Below are positions 19,316 to 28,789 of a DNA stretch of 64,000 nt, in pieces. The stretch is taken from positions 46,382 to 110,381 of the forward strand of contig JBEDUK010000096.1 in the NCBI GenBank assembly GCA_040414485.1, written 5' to 3'. Both the position numbers and the translations under genes were made by a program. Source of the stretch: Actinomycetota bacterium (lineage in GTDB: Bacteria > Actinomycetota > UBA4738). Within the stretch, counting starts at the first letter, position 1; each line of letters opens with the position of its first letter. Under the pieces are notes generated by a model. The model was not told where the DNA came from. It was given only the letters and a program-made list of their open reading frames with translations, and made no database searches.

Positions 19316-20473
19316 ATGCCCACGAAGGAAGAGGTTCGCGAAGCGCTGCGGAACGTCCTGGACCCGGAGATCGGCAAGCCGATCGAAGACATCGGGATGC
19401 TCAAGGACATCGAGATCGACGGCGGCACCGTTCGCGTCTTCGTCCTGCTGACGATCGACGGCTGCCCATTGCGCGACCGGATCACGAATGACGTGACCCA
19501 GGCCGTCGCGCCGCTCGCGGGCGTCGAGCATGTCGAGGTGATCCTCGGCTCCATGAGCGAACAGCAGCGCGGCGAGCTCGTCACCATGCTGCGGGGCGGC
19601 CGCCCCGAACAACCCGTGTTCTTCACCGACGGCGCCACCTCGGTCATCGCGGTCGCCTCCGGCAAGGGCGGGGTGGGGAAGTCGAGCGTGACGGTGAACC
19701 TGGCCTGCGCGCTGGCGGCGGAGGGTCATCGAGTGGGCGTGGTGGACGTCGACGTCTGGGGGTTCAGCGTCCCGCGGATGATCGGCGCGCACGGCGAGCC
19801 CGTCGGGTTCGACAACATGATCCTGCCGCTGGAGGCCCACGGCGTGAAGGTGATCTCCATGGGGTTCTTCGTCCCCGAGGAGAAGCCCGTGATCTGGCGC
19901 GGGCCCATGCTGCACAAGGCGGTCCAGCAGTTCCTGGGCGACGTCTACTGGGGCGATCTGGACTTCCTGCTGCTCGACCTGCCGCCCGGCACCGGCGACG
20001 TGTCGCTGTCGATGGCGCAGTTTCTTCCCGGAGCTCAGATGCTGGTCGTCACCACGCCGCAGGACGCCGCCCGGAAGGTGGCCGAGCGCGCCGGCCGGAT
20101 GGCCGAGCAGACGCGGCTCCGGTGCATCGGCGTCATCGAGAACATGGCGTACTTCGCCTGCCCCCATTGCGGCGAGGAGACCGCCATCTTCGGCACCGGC
20201 GGCGGGGACGAGGCGGCGCAGACCCTCGGCGTCCCGCTGCTCGGGCGCATCCCGCTGCAGACGTCGCTCCGTGAGGGCGGCGACCAGGGACGTCCGGTCG
20301 TGGTGGCGGAGCCCGAATCTCCGGCGGGAGCCGCGCTGATCGGCGCGGCGCGCGAGCTGGCCAGGGTCAGCCGTTCGGTCGTGCGCAAGCCGCTGTCGCT
20401 TGCCGTGTCGGGCGGCGGTGGTGCGGTCGGGCACGCTGAGCATGCGGGCCACACCCGCGCGCACCAGCACTGA
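19316..20473 (+). CDS. mrp: Mrp/ApbC (NBP35) iron-sulfur cluster carrier ATPase with N-terminal DUF59 domain
   Basis: VLDPEIG, GCPL, SGKGGVGKSS, WRGPMLHKA, DLPPGTGD, ENM...CPHC. Confidence 0.93.
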   Translation: MPTKEEVREALRNVLDPEIGKPIEDIGMLKDIEIDGGTVRVFVLLTIDGCPLRDRITNDVTQAVAPLAGVEHVEVILGSMSEQQRGELVTMLRGGRPEQPVFFTDGATSVIAVASGKGGVGKSSVTVNLACALAAEGHRVGVVDVDVWGFSVPRMIGAHGEPVGFDNMILPLEAHGVKVISMGFFVPEEKPVIWRGPMLHKAVQQFLGDVYWGDLDFLLLDLPPGTGDVSLSMAQFLPGAQMLVVTTPQDAARKVAERAGRMAEQTRLRCIGVIENMAYFACPHCGEETAIFGTGGGDEAAQTLGVPLLGRIPLQTSLREGGDQGRPVVVAEPESPAGAALIGAARELARVSRSVVRKPLSLAVSGGGGAVGHAEHAGHTRAHQH

Positions 20474-20500
20474 CGGCCAAGGCCGATCCCCGGCGTGGCC

Positions 20501-21490
20501 TCATCCGCGCGTATCGGCCTCCTCGGTGTTCGTCGCGGTCGCTTCGACAGCCTCAGGCTCGGTGGTGTGGGGGCGGCGCCGTATCCACCGCAACACGAAC
20601 AGGCACAGCACGATCGCGGCGATGCTCGTCCACTGGCTCCCGGTGAGGCCGAGGAACCGGTTCTCCACCCGAAGGAAGTCCGTGATGACGCGGGCGGCCG
20701 CGTACCAGATCACGAACGTGACGGTGAGCACACCGGTGAGCCGGTCGCGTCGCATCAGCCACAGCAGGAACAGGGTGAGGCCCATCGCGGAGAACCAGTC
20801 GTAAAGCGCCGTCTGGTTCACGCCGATCCCATGCGCGATGACGTGGAACGTGGGCGGACCCGCGAACAGCTTGGCGCCCGCGTGCGTGATCTCCTGACTG
20901 CGCCCGTGGGCGAGCGACGTCGAACACAGGCCGTTCGCGCAGCCGTACCCGGCCAGGTTGCCGCCCCAGTACCTGAACGCAAGGAAGAAGTTCGTCGGCG
21001 TCCCCAGGTGGTCACCGATGATGAGGTCGCCCACCCGGCCGATCGCCACGCCGACCGCGAGCGCCAGCGCCGCGGAGTCGAACGTGAGGAGGGTGCTCAG
21101 GTGGTTGCGCCGAATGATCACCCAAGCCACCAGCACCCACCCGACGATCCCGCCGATCAGGCTGATCCCGCCGCGGTAGACGGCGAGCACGTCCCCGATG
21201 CTGTGGAACTGCGACAGGTGCGTGATCACGTACCCGATCCGTGCGCCGACCATCGCCCCGATCAGGCCCCAGAACACGAGCGAGTTGACGACGCGTTCCG
21301 AGATGCCGCGTTTCGGTCCCTCGTGGGACAGGACGAACGCGCCCGCCAGATAGCCGGCCGCGATCCCCAGGCCGTGCGGGGAGATCGCGAACTGCGACCC
21401 GATGTGGAAGCGGTCGACCACCTTCCAGCCGATGGAGGCCAGGCCGGCCGTATGCAGCGTGAACCATCCGGCAGCGGACATCGGGGTCAC
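20501..21490 (-). CDS. lgt: Prolipoprotein diacylglyceryl transferase (divergent)
   Basis: GARIGYV, YRGGISLIGG, IGRVGDLIIGDHLG, Y...R.ITDFLR, LTGSQW. Confidence 0.75.
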   Translation of the reverse strand: MTPMSAAGWFTLHTAGLASIGWKVVDRFHIGSQFAISPHGLGIAAGYLAGAFVLSHEGPKRGISERVVNSLVFWGLIGAMVGARIGYVITHLSQFHSIGDVLAVYRGGISLIGGIVGWVLVAWVIIRRNHLSTLLTFDSAALALAVGVAIGRVGDLIIGDHLGTPTNFFLAFRYWGGNLAGYGCANGLCSTSLAHGRSQEITHAGAKLFAGPPTFHVIAHGIGVNQTALYDWFSAMGLTLFLLWLMRRDRLTGVLTVTFVIWYAAARVITDFLRVENRFLGLTGSQWTSIAAIVLCLFVLRWIRRRPHTTEPEAVEATATNTEEADTRG

Positions 21491-22113
21491 TCTACCGACG
21501 ACGCCCGCTCCGCGGGGACGGCCGCGACCCACGCGTCCGCCACGGCTCGCCCGAGCAAGAGCCCGCCCGCCACGTCCGACGGATAGTGCACGCCGACGTA
21601 GACGCGCGAGGCGGCGACCGCGCACGCGGTCGCCGCCAGGCCGGCGCGAGCCACGGGCGACAGTCCGAGTCGCCGCGCAGCCACGGTGACGAACGCCAGC
21701 AGCACGGCGGGATGGCTGCTCGGCCACGACGTGCCGCTCGGTTTGCCGATCAGCCGGCGCGACGCGCCGGCGTCGTAGGGACGGGCGCGTCGAACCAGGC
21801 GCTTCAGTCCCTGCCCGAGCAGCCACATGAGCGACGCAGCCGCCAGGGCCTCGGTCGCGGCCCGGCGGCGGCCGCCCACGGCCAGGACCGCAGCAGCGCC
21901 CGCCGCCGCCATGATCGACCCGAGTTCGGTGATGCCCCCCATCGCCGCGTCGCCGGCCGGCCCGCGGTCGCGGTTGACCTCGTCGAAGATCGCGCGGTCC
22001 AGACGCCGGCCTGCGGGGACCGACGACGCGCCGGCCACGGCGAGCGCGCCGGCCGTGAGGAGCCCGGCTCGCGCGACGCCCGCGGCGCGTCGTTGTGAAC
22101 CCACGGATGCCAT
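21487..22113 (-). CDS. PAP2 family phosphatase
   Basis: KRLVRRARP, SWPSSH, SRVYVGVHYPSDV motifs. Confidence 0.9.
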   Translation of the reverse strand: MASVGSQRRAAGVARAGLLTAGALAVAGASSVPAGRRLDRAIFDEVNRDRGPAGDAAMGGITELGSIMAAAGAAAVLAVGGRRRAATEALAAASLMWLLGQGLKRLVRRARPYDAGASRRLIGKPSGTSWPSSHPAVLLAFVTVAARRLGLSPVARAGLAATACAVAASRVYVGVHYPSDVAGGLLLGRAVADAWVAAVPAERASSVE

Positions 22114-22126
22114 GAGCCGGGTTCGC

Positions 22127-22582
22127 CTACTCCGCCTGCGCGGCGATCTCGGCCTGACGCTTCTGCGCGAGGACTCCTCTGCGGAGGAGCGTCCCGGCGC
22201 CCAGGCTTCGGATCGCCTGGGCGGCGAACGCTCCCAGCGGACCGCCCGCGAACCGGTAGTCCACGCGCTGGACCAGATACGTGCGGTTCCGACCGAGCGG
22301 CTCCACGGTGGTCTCGACCACGCCGTCCATCAGCCCCGTGAGCCGGATCTTCGCGTACCGCTCGTCCTCCAGTTCCAGGACGCTCGCGCGGATGTGCGTG
22401 GTCAGGCCCATGAAGTGGATCTCCGTGGTGTACTCGGTCCCCTTCCGCAATCCGTCTCGCGGAATGCCTCGGACCGTCGTGACGTGACGGTCCCACATGG
22501 GCAGGTTTCTCGGGTCGGAGACCACCTGCCAGACGCAATGCGGGGGCGCATCGACCTCGACCTTCTCGGTGACGACCGTCAT
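22127..22582 (-). CDS. SRPBCC (START-like) family protein
   Basis: VEVDAPPHCVWQVVSDPRNLPMW N-terminal pattern. Confidence 0.8.
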   Translation of the reverse strand: MTVVTEKVEVDAPPHCVWQVVSDPRNLPMWDRHVTTVRGIPRDGLRKGTEYTTEIHFMGLTTHIRASVLELEDERYAKIRLTGLMDGVVETTVEPLGRNRTYLVQRVDYRFAGGPLGAFAAQAIRSLGAGTLLRRGVLAQKRQAEIAAQAE

Positions 22583-23601
22583 CGCGCGCTCCCGGCGGCC
22601 GCCCGCTTCGCCGGCCGGCCCGGGCTCGACCGCGCACGGGACGTGGACGGCGGCGTGACCGTTCCGCTCGACCAGCCCTTCCACCAGACGATGCGCGCGG
22701 GAGCGATCCGAAACAGGGCTTCGCCGCTCGAGATCCGGTGCCGAAGCGCCGCGGCGCCCGTTCGCGTCCGACCTCGGACGAACACCTCAGCGTCGCCGCG
22801 GATCAGCAGACCCGTCATGTCGGCCGCGCGCCATGAGGACGAACGGTCCGCCGTCAGCGCCGTTTTCGTCCCGGTGGACGCTCCGGTCAACTCGGCGAAG
22901 GCGACCGGCACGCGGCACAGGAATCGGCTCCGCTCCTCGGACCAGCCCGCCGGCACCACCGTGAGCGTCGGGCCGTCGGGGCCTTCGAGCTGTGTCGACA
23001 GAACCGCCGAGCCGGACGTCGCGACCGCGCTGAGCGTGTCCCCGGGTGGAGCGAGACGGCCGCCATCCGGTGACGGCGGTTCCGCGTACGCTCGCGCCGG
23101 CGTGAGGCTCAGGTCCCAGGGACCCCAGCCGTCGACGATCTTGCCGCCTTCCAGGTCCAGCAGCCGTCCGGCCTCCAGTTCGACGCTGCAGAACACCCTC
23201 CCGGGGGGCGCCCACGCCAGCGGGACCCGGGCCGCGTCGACCGCGTACCCGAAGAAGAAGCGGGCATTCTTGACGGAGAAGCGCATGGCGGCCTTGCCCA
23301 AGCGCGGACTGCGGATCGCGATCGACGGCCACGCGAACGGGTCCAGCGCGTCGTAGGTTCGAATGCGCCCCCGGAACGCGAGCGCCCGCGAGCCGTGGCG
23401 CACCAGGCCCGCGGTCCGCGGATCGCGCCGCCACGCGCGCGCCTTCGCGGATCCTCGCGACGTGGTCATCCACAGCCGGCCGCCGTCGACCGCGAACACC
23501 ACGGGCGTCACGTGCGGACCGAACGAGGTCGCGGCCGCGAGGTGGCACCACTCGCCGCGCGCGAGCACGTCCTTCGCTCCGGGGGGAAGGGCGTCCGTCA
23601 A
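22579..23601 (-). CDS. Pyridoxamine 5'-phosphate oxidase-like (split barrel) protein
   Basis: CHLAA....GPHVTPVVF....LWMTT.RGSAKAR; TTG start coupled to the upstream stop. Confidence 0.7.
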   Translation of the reverse strand: MTDALPPGAKDVLARGEWCHLAAATSFGPHVTPVVFAVDGGRLWMTTSRGSAKARAWRRDPRTAGLVRHGSRALAFRGRIRTYDALDPFAWPSIAIRSPRLGKAAMRFSVKNARFFFGYAVDAARVPLAWAPPGRVFCSVELEAGRLLDLEGGKIVDGWGPWDLSLTPARAYAEPPSPDGGRLAPPGDTLSAVATSGSAVLSTQLEGPDGPTLTVVPAGWSEERSRFLCRVPVAFAELTGASTGTKTALTADRSSSWRAADMTGLLIRGDAEVFVRGRTRTGAAALRHRISSGEALFRIAPARIVWWKGWSSGTVTPPSTSRARSSPGRPAKRAAAGSAR

Positions 23602-24305
23602 GACGCCACCTCGTGCTCCGGGTCCGCGGCCGCCGGGCGTTCGCCGCCGGGCGGCGGGAACGCGACCATCATGCCCGTCCAGACGGCGTGACAGATCACG
23701 CTCGCCAGCACGCCGCCCGACCACGCCGCAAGCAGGCCCCAGACCGCTCCGCCGACGAGCGCCGCGGCCGCGATCGGAAGGCTGAGGCTGACGGCGTTCG
23801 CGGCGACGTAGGCCAGCACCGTCACGATGGCGCCGGTCGCCCGGCCCCATGACTGGGTGAGGTGCTGTTGGAACAGGCCGCGCCAGAACACCTCCTCGCC
23901 CGGTGCCGCGATGCCCATTGCCAGCAGCAGGCCGACGGGGAGGGACATACCGGCGCCGCGGCCATACAGGCTGCTCACGTCCTTCGAGAACGAGGGCCAC
24001 CGTCGGGCGATGATCACGAACACGTAGGTCCCGGCGTACAGGAGCAGGCCCGCGGCCGTTCCGACCGCGACCGCCGCTCCGGCGCCGACCGACGGGGACA
24101 GGGCGAGCCTGCGAGTCAGGAGCGCCGTCACCGCCAGGATGCCGTTCAGGGTGGCGAACACGACCCAGATCGAAGCGCCGCGATGCGAGACGAGGTACCA
24201 GCCCATGCCGGTCGCCACGGCGCCGACCACCATCAGCGCGATCGTCACGGCCTCGCTTCCGCACGGGCAGCCGCTCGCGCCGATGAAGGTCGCGAGCGCG
24301 GTCAA
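23598..24305 (-). CDS. CPBP (Abi/CAAX) intramembrane metalloprotease
   Basis: EEVFWRG and CHAVW motifs, multiple TM segments; start uncertain. Confidence 0.8.
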   Translation of the reverse strand: MTALATFIGASGCPCGSEAVTIALMVVGAVATGMGWYLVSHRGASIWVVFATLNGILAVTALLTRRLALSPSVGAGAAVAVGTAAGLLLYAGTYVFVIIARRWPSFSKDVSSLYGRGAGMSLPVGLLLAMGIAAPGEEVFWRGLFQQHLTQSWGRATGAIVTVLAYVAANAVSLSLPIAAAALVGGAVWGLLAAWSGGVLASVICHAVWTGMMVAFPPPGGERPAAADPEHEVAS

Positions 24306-25102
24306 GGAAGGAACTTCACCTTCGCCGCGAGCTCGGCGGTGAACGCCGTGATGACCGCCAGATAGAAGAAGCCGGTGGCGGACTGGACGGCGGTGGGACG
24401 CTGCCCGCGGAGCGTGGCCTTGATGAAGACCGCGATCAGCGCGGTGGTCCCGACCATGCCGATGGCGATCCACGAGGAGACGCCTGCGTACGTCAGCAGC
24501 GGGCTGAGCGTGGAGTTCGCCGAGCCGCTGGCGTTGGCCGCCGTGCCGCCGTTCGCCATGTGGATGATCACCGCGACGGCCTCGACGCCCACGGCGACGA
24601 TCAGCGCCCACGTCATGCGGTTGATCGGGCCGCGCGGGAGCTTGCGGTCCGTCAGGTACCAGTGGCCGAGGAGCAGCCCGTCCAGGACCGCGCCCGTGAA
24701 CACCGCGCCGGCCAGGAGCTGGAAGAACGCGAGGGGGGTCGACCCGTCCGCGGTCTCGGCGAAGGCCCAGAGCATGACGACGGCCAGAGCGACGGTCGCC
24801 ACGCCCAGCCAGCGGCCGACGGTTCGAAGACCGGAGAGCATCAGGACCAGCCAGAGCGCCGTCGCGCCGGCCAGGGCGAACGCGAGCGTCACGGCCAGGT
24901 GCCCGGAGGGGTCCGAACCGCCCGTCAGCGCCGCCTTCGCCGAACCCGCCGCGCCCAACGCGAGCAGCAGCACGATCGAACCGGTGAGATAGAAGAAGCC
25001 ACGCTTGACCTCGCGCCACAGCGGCGTGAGGAAGAGGAAGCCGGCCGTGCCGGCCGCCGTCTCGGCCAGGACGAGCGCCATGACGCCGGCTGGTCCGGTC
25101 AT
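24302..25102 (-). CDS. Hypothetical multi-pass membrane protein with GHWYL motif
   Basis: About 8 TM segments, LLLGHWYL and AVQSATGFFYLA; GGAGG RBS. Confidence 0.75.
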   Translation of the reverse strand: MTGPAGVMALVLAETAAGTAGFLFLTPLWREVKRGFFYLTGSIVLLLALGAAGSAKAALTGGSDPSGHLAVTLAFALAGATALWLVLMLSGLRTVGRWLGVATVALAVVMLWAFAETADGSTPLAFFQLLAGAVFTGAVLDGLLLGHWYLTDRKLPRGPINRMTWALIVAVGVEAVAVIIHMANGGTAANASGSANSTLSPLLTYAGVSSWIAIGMVGTTALIAVFIKATLRGQRPTAVQSATGFFYLAVITAFTAELAAKVKFLP

Positions 25103-25153
25103 GCTGGCGCCTCCCATGTGAGCCCGGGGTTCACGGTGCCCTAGCCTACGACC

Positions 25154-25666
25154 ATGCCGATGCCCGAACTCCCATCCGTGCGGCCCGATCCCCGCACCGC
25201 GGGGGCCGAGGCGCGTGCCGCGTTCGAGGAGGGTCGCCGTCCCCCTGGTCTGGTCGTAGGCAGCAGCGGGGCGGATATCGGGATGGGCGTGGACCAAGAG
25301 ATGACGGCTCGAAGCGTCGGCTCGGGCGACACCGACGTGCTGGCCACCCCGGTGATCGTCCGGCTCGTCGAGCAGGCCGCCCTCATCGCGCTGCGCGGAT
25401 GGCTCCCACCCGAACTGACCACAGTCGGCACGTCGGTTCAGATGACGCATGCGGCGCCGACCGCTGTTCGGGGGCTGATCGACGTTTCCGTGTGGCTCGA
25501 ACCCGGGACCGATCGGACGTTGCAGTTCGGGTTCGAGGCGGACGATGGCATGGGTGTCGTCGCGCGCGGAACCCACGAGCGGGTGATCGTGGATCGGGCG
25601 ACCTTTCTGGAACGCGCGGAGAGCCGGCGGGCCGCCGCGCACTCGCGCCGCAAGCACGGGCGCTGA
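25154..25666 (+). CDS. Hotdog-fold thioesterase (fluoroacetyl-CoA thioesterase-like)
   Basis: GSG..DVLATP....LVE.AA, TTVGT.V..TH.APT, ARGTHERVIVD. Confidence 0.85.
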   Translation: MPMPELPSVRPDPRTAGAEARAAFEEGRRPPGLVVGSSGADIGMGVDQEMTARSVGSGDTDVLATPVIVRLVEQAALIALRGWLPPELTTVGTSVQMTHAAPTAVRGLIDVSVWLEPGTDRTLQFGFEADDGMGVVARGTHERVIVDRATFLERAESRRAAAHSRRKHGR

Positions 25667-25692
25667 GGAGAAGCCCGGAGGCCGGTGCAGCT

Positions 25693-26064
25693 ATGGATCG
25701 AACGGCACGGAGGGCGTACGGTGGAAGCCTCGTGCTTCGGCGTTCGATCGACGCGCTCGCCCTGCTGGCGTTTCCCGTTTCGGTGGTGATCGCCGGCTGG
25801 CTCTACCCGCGCGCCGATCCGGTCACCGGCGCCAACCCCGACGGACGACTTGCGCTGATGATCGCGATCGTGCTCGTCGGCGCGGCCGCGTCGGTCGCGC
25901 TGGCCATCGTCCGGCGACGCCTGAGACGGCGCGACTCGAACGCCCTCGAGCCTGAGCCGATGGGGTGGCTGGTTACCGGCTGGCCCCTTCCGCTCCCCCG
26001 GTGGCGGTCACGGACGGGGTTCGTTCGCCCACCGCAACGGTCCGCGAGCCCGGCAGGTTCGTAA
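25693..26064 (+). CDS. Hypothetical membrane protein (2 TM)
   Basis: Two hydrophobic helices followed by a basic segment; fills the gap between genes. Confidence 0.45.
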   Translation: MDRTARRAYGGSLVLRRSIDALALLAFPVSVVIAGWLYPRADPVTGANPDGRLALMIAIVLVGAAASVALAIVRRRLRRRDSNALEPEPMGWLVTGWPLPLPRWRSRTGFVRPPQRSASPAGS

Positions 26065-26099
26065 GGCCACATTACGAATCGCAGGGCCGCCGGAGCGGA

Positions 26100-27743
26100 C
26101 TACGCGAGGTAGGACGAACGCCGCATCAACGTGGGATCCACCCGCACGTTGATGCACGCCGCCACGCCGGAGGCGAACGCCCGCTCCAGGGCGGGCCGGA
26201 TCTGGGACGGCTCGGTCACCGCCTCGCCGTAGCCACCGAGCCCCTCCACCATCCGGTGGTAGGGCGCCTCCGGGTTCAGGTCGCTCGCCGGCGCGTTCCC
26301 GGGACCGTACAGCGCCTCCTGGGCGACCTTGATCTGGCCCCACGCGCCGTCGTTGCCGATGATCCCCACGAACGGGATGGCCTGGCGGAGCGCCGATTCG
26401 TACTCCATGGCGTTGAACCCGAACGACCCGTCGCCGTAGACGATCAGCACCTGCTTGTCGGGCTTCGCCAGCTTCGCCGCGATGGCGAACGAGGGCCCCA
26501 CGCCCAGGCAGCCGAACGGGCCGGGATCGAGCCAGTGCCCGGGCTGATAGGCGTGGACGATCGAGGCCGTGATCCCGACGATGTCCCCGCCGTCGCCGAC
26601 GACCACAGCGTCCCGGTCGAGAAAGTCCCGGATCTCCTTCGCGAAGCGCTGAGGGTGGATCGGAACGGCGTCGGACGCCATCCCCGCAGATGCGTCCTCG
26701 GCCTTGCGGCGCTCCAGTTCGCGGACCTCCCCCGTCCACGCCGGCTCCTCGGCGAATCCCGCGCCGGCGGACAGCAACTGCTCCATGACCATGCCCGGGT
26801 CACCCACGATGCCCACGTCCACGGGACGGTTACGGCCGATCTGCACGCCGTCGACGTCCACCTGAACGACCTTCACGTCCGTCATGAAGCCCTTCGTTCC
26901 GAAGCCGAGCCGGAAGTCCCAGTCGACGCCGAGGGCGAGGATCACGTCCGCGTTCCCCAGCGCATGGCGACGGGCTCCGCTGAAGAAGTACGGATCGTCG
27001 GGCGGAAGGCAGCCGCGGGCGAGCGAATTGAGGAACACCGGGACCTTGAGCGCATGGGCCAGTTCGCACAGTTGCTCGTGCGCGTTCGACCATCGGACGC
27101 CCGCGCCCGCGAACACGATGGGACGGGCCGCCTCGCGCAGCAGGCGCGCGGCCTCCTTCACGAGGTCGGGGTCGCCCAGCGGGCGGGCGCGCGTTCGAGA
27201 CAGCGGCACGGGCTGCGCATCCCCCGGCGAGTTGAACTGCACATCGAGGGGAACGTCCAGGAACACGGGGCCGCCGCGTCCGGCGGTCGCGTGGCGGAGT
27301 GCGGTCGCGACGAATTCGGCCAATTTTCGGGGCTCGTAACAGGTCTTCGCCCACTTCGTGATCGACGACACGAGCGTGACCTGGTCCATCTCCTGCAACG
27401 AGCCCATCTCGAATTCGATGACCGGGTTCTTCCCGGAGAGAACCAGCATCGGCGAATCCGCGTATTTGGCGTTCGCGATCCCGGTCACGGCGTCCGTGAG
27501 CCCGGGGCCGGCCGTCACGGCCGCGACGCCCGGCTCGAGCGTGACGCGGGCCCACCCGTCGGCGGCGTGGGCGGCCGCCTGCTCGTGGCGGAAGTCGACG
27601 ACCCGGATCCCCTCGCGGACGCAGCCGTCGTAGATAGGCGCGATGTGTCCGCCGGAAAGCGTGAAGAGATTCCTGACGCCCTCCGCCTTGAGGGCCTTGG
27701 CGATCAGGTGGCCGCCGTGCATTGCGCGTTCGCTCTCGGTCAT
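26100..27743 (-). CDS. Thiamine diphosphate-dependent enzyme, acetolactate synthase-like / 2-hydroxyacyl-CoA lyase-like
   Basis: FTLSGGHI, RHEQAAAHAA, TAGPG, DPGPFGCLGVG, GDGSFGF...GND TPP motif. Confidence 0.88.
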   Translation of the reverse strand: MTESERAMHGGHLIAKALKAEGVRNLFTLSGGHIAPIYDGCVREGIRVVDFRHEQAAAHAADGWARVTLEPGVAAVTAGPGLTDAVTGIANAKYADSPMLVLSGKNPVIEFEMGSLQEMDQVTLVSSITKWAKTCYEPRKLAEFVATALRHATAGRGGPVFLDVPLDVQFNSPGDAQPVPLSRTRARPLGDPDLVKEAARLLREAARPIVFAGAGVRWSNAHEQLCELAHALKVPVFLNSLARGCLPPDDPYFFSGARRHALGNADVILALGVDWDFRLGFGTKGFMTDVKVVQVDVDGVQIGRNRPVDVGIVGDPGMVMEQLLSAGAGFAEEPAWTGEVRELERRKAEDASAGMASDAVPIHPQRFAKEIRDFLDRDAVVVGDGGDIVGITASIVHAYQPGHWLDPGPFGCLGVGPSFAIAAKLAKPDKQVLIVYGDGSFGFNAMEYESALRQAIPFVGIIGNDGAWGQIKVAQEALYGPGNAPASDLNPEAPYHRMVEGLGGYGEAVTEPSQIRPALERAFASGVAACINVRVDPTLMRRSSYLA

Positions 27744-27841
27744 CCCGGTTCGATGCTAGCCGCGGCGGCGACGGTCTGGCGCCGGCATGAAGTTGACACG
27801 GCGCAGCCCATGTGCAGGATCGCCCGGTACGCTGTGGCGCC

Positions 27842-28780
27842 ATGCCACTGTTCAGAAAACGGACCGATCCCGCTTCTCAGCAGGATGCCGCGCGTCCCGC
27901 GCCGCCGGCGCAACCCGCCTCGGCACCGCGCCCGGGTCGGCCCGGCCGGTCGCGCCTCATGCGACCCTCCTCCGAGGAGCGGCCCGATTGGCGTTCGTAC
28001 GACTCGGTGGCCGAGATCTACGTCCGGGTGCACCAGCCCAGGATGGCGCTCGCGGCGGCCGACCTCGTCGCGCTGTCGGAGGTCGCGCCGGGGGCAAGGG
28101 TGCTCGACGTCGGCGCCGGCACGGGGGTGGTCGCCAGGGCCGCCGCGGCCGCCACCGGTCCCACGGGGCTCGTCGCGGGGGTCGACCCGTCGTTCCCCAT
28201 GCTGCGACAGGCCGCGCCGCAGGGCGGCGGCGTTCACTACGCGGCCGCGACGGCTATCGACCTGCCGTTCCGCGACGCGGCGTTCGACGACGTGTTCGCG
28301 GCGTTCGTGCTTCCGCACTTCGCGAAGTACGACACCGCGCTGTTCGACCTGATGCGGGTGCTCAAGCGGGGCGGCCGGCTCGGCGTCACCACGTGGGGAA
28401 CCACCGAGGACGAGTTCTCGAAGGCATGGCGCGACGTGACGTGGGAGTTCGCCGAGCCGGAGATCCTTCGGGACTCGATCGCACGTGCGCTGCCTTGGGA
28501 GGAGCGGTTCCGGGACCCCGAGCGCCTGAAGATGGCGCTGCACGAAGCCGGCCTCCGGGACATCCTGGTCAGCCGGCGCGCGTACCGGTACACGATCTCC
28601 GCCGAGGACTATCTGCAGGGGCGAGAGACAAGCGCGAGCGGCCGGTTCCTCCGGGAGATGCTCGGCGAGGAGCTCTGGCCGCGCCTGCAGGCTCGCGCCC
28701 GAGAGGTGTTCGCGCAGCGATTCGACTCGCAGTTCAACGACTTCCGCGACGTGAACATGGCGGTCGGCTTCAAGGGCTGA
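27842..28780 (+). CDS. Class I SAM-dependent methyltransferase
   Basis: VLDVGAGTG, GVDPS..ML, LPFRDAAFD, RVLKRGG. Confidence 0.88.
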   Translation: MPLFRKRTDPASQQDAARPAPPAQPASAPRPGRPGRSRLMRPSSEERPDWRSYDSVAEIYVRVHQPRMALAAADLVALSEVAPGARVLDVGAGTGVVARAAAAATGPTGLVAGVDPSFPMLRQAAPQGGGVHYAAATAIDLPFRDAAFDDVFAAFVLPHFAKYDTALFDLMRVLKRGGRLGVTTWGTTEDEFSKAWRDVTWEFAEPEILRDSIARALPWEERFRDPERLKMALHEAGLRDILVSRRAYRYTISAEDYLQGRETSASGRFLREMLGEELWPRLQARAREVFAQRFDSQFNDFRDVNMAVGFKG

Positions 28781-28789
28781 GTCGTCGAG

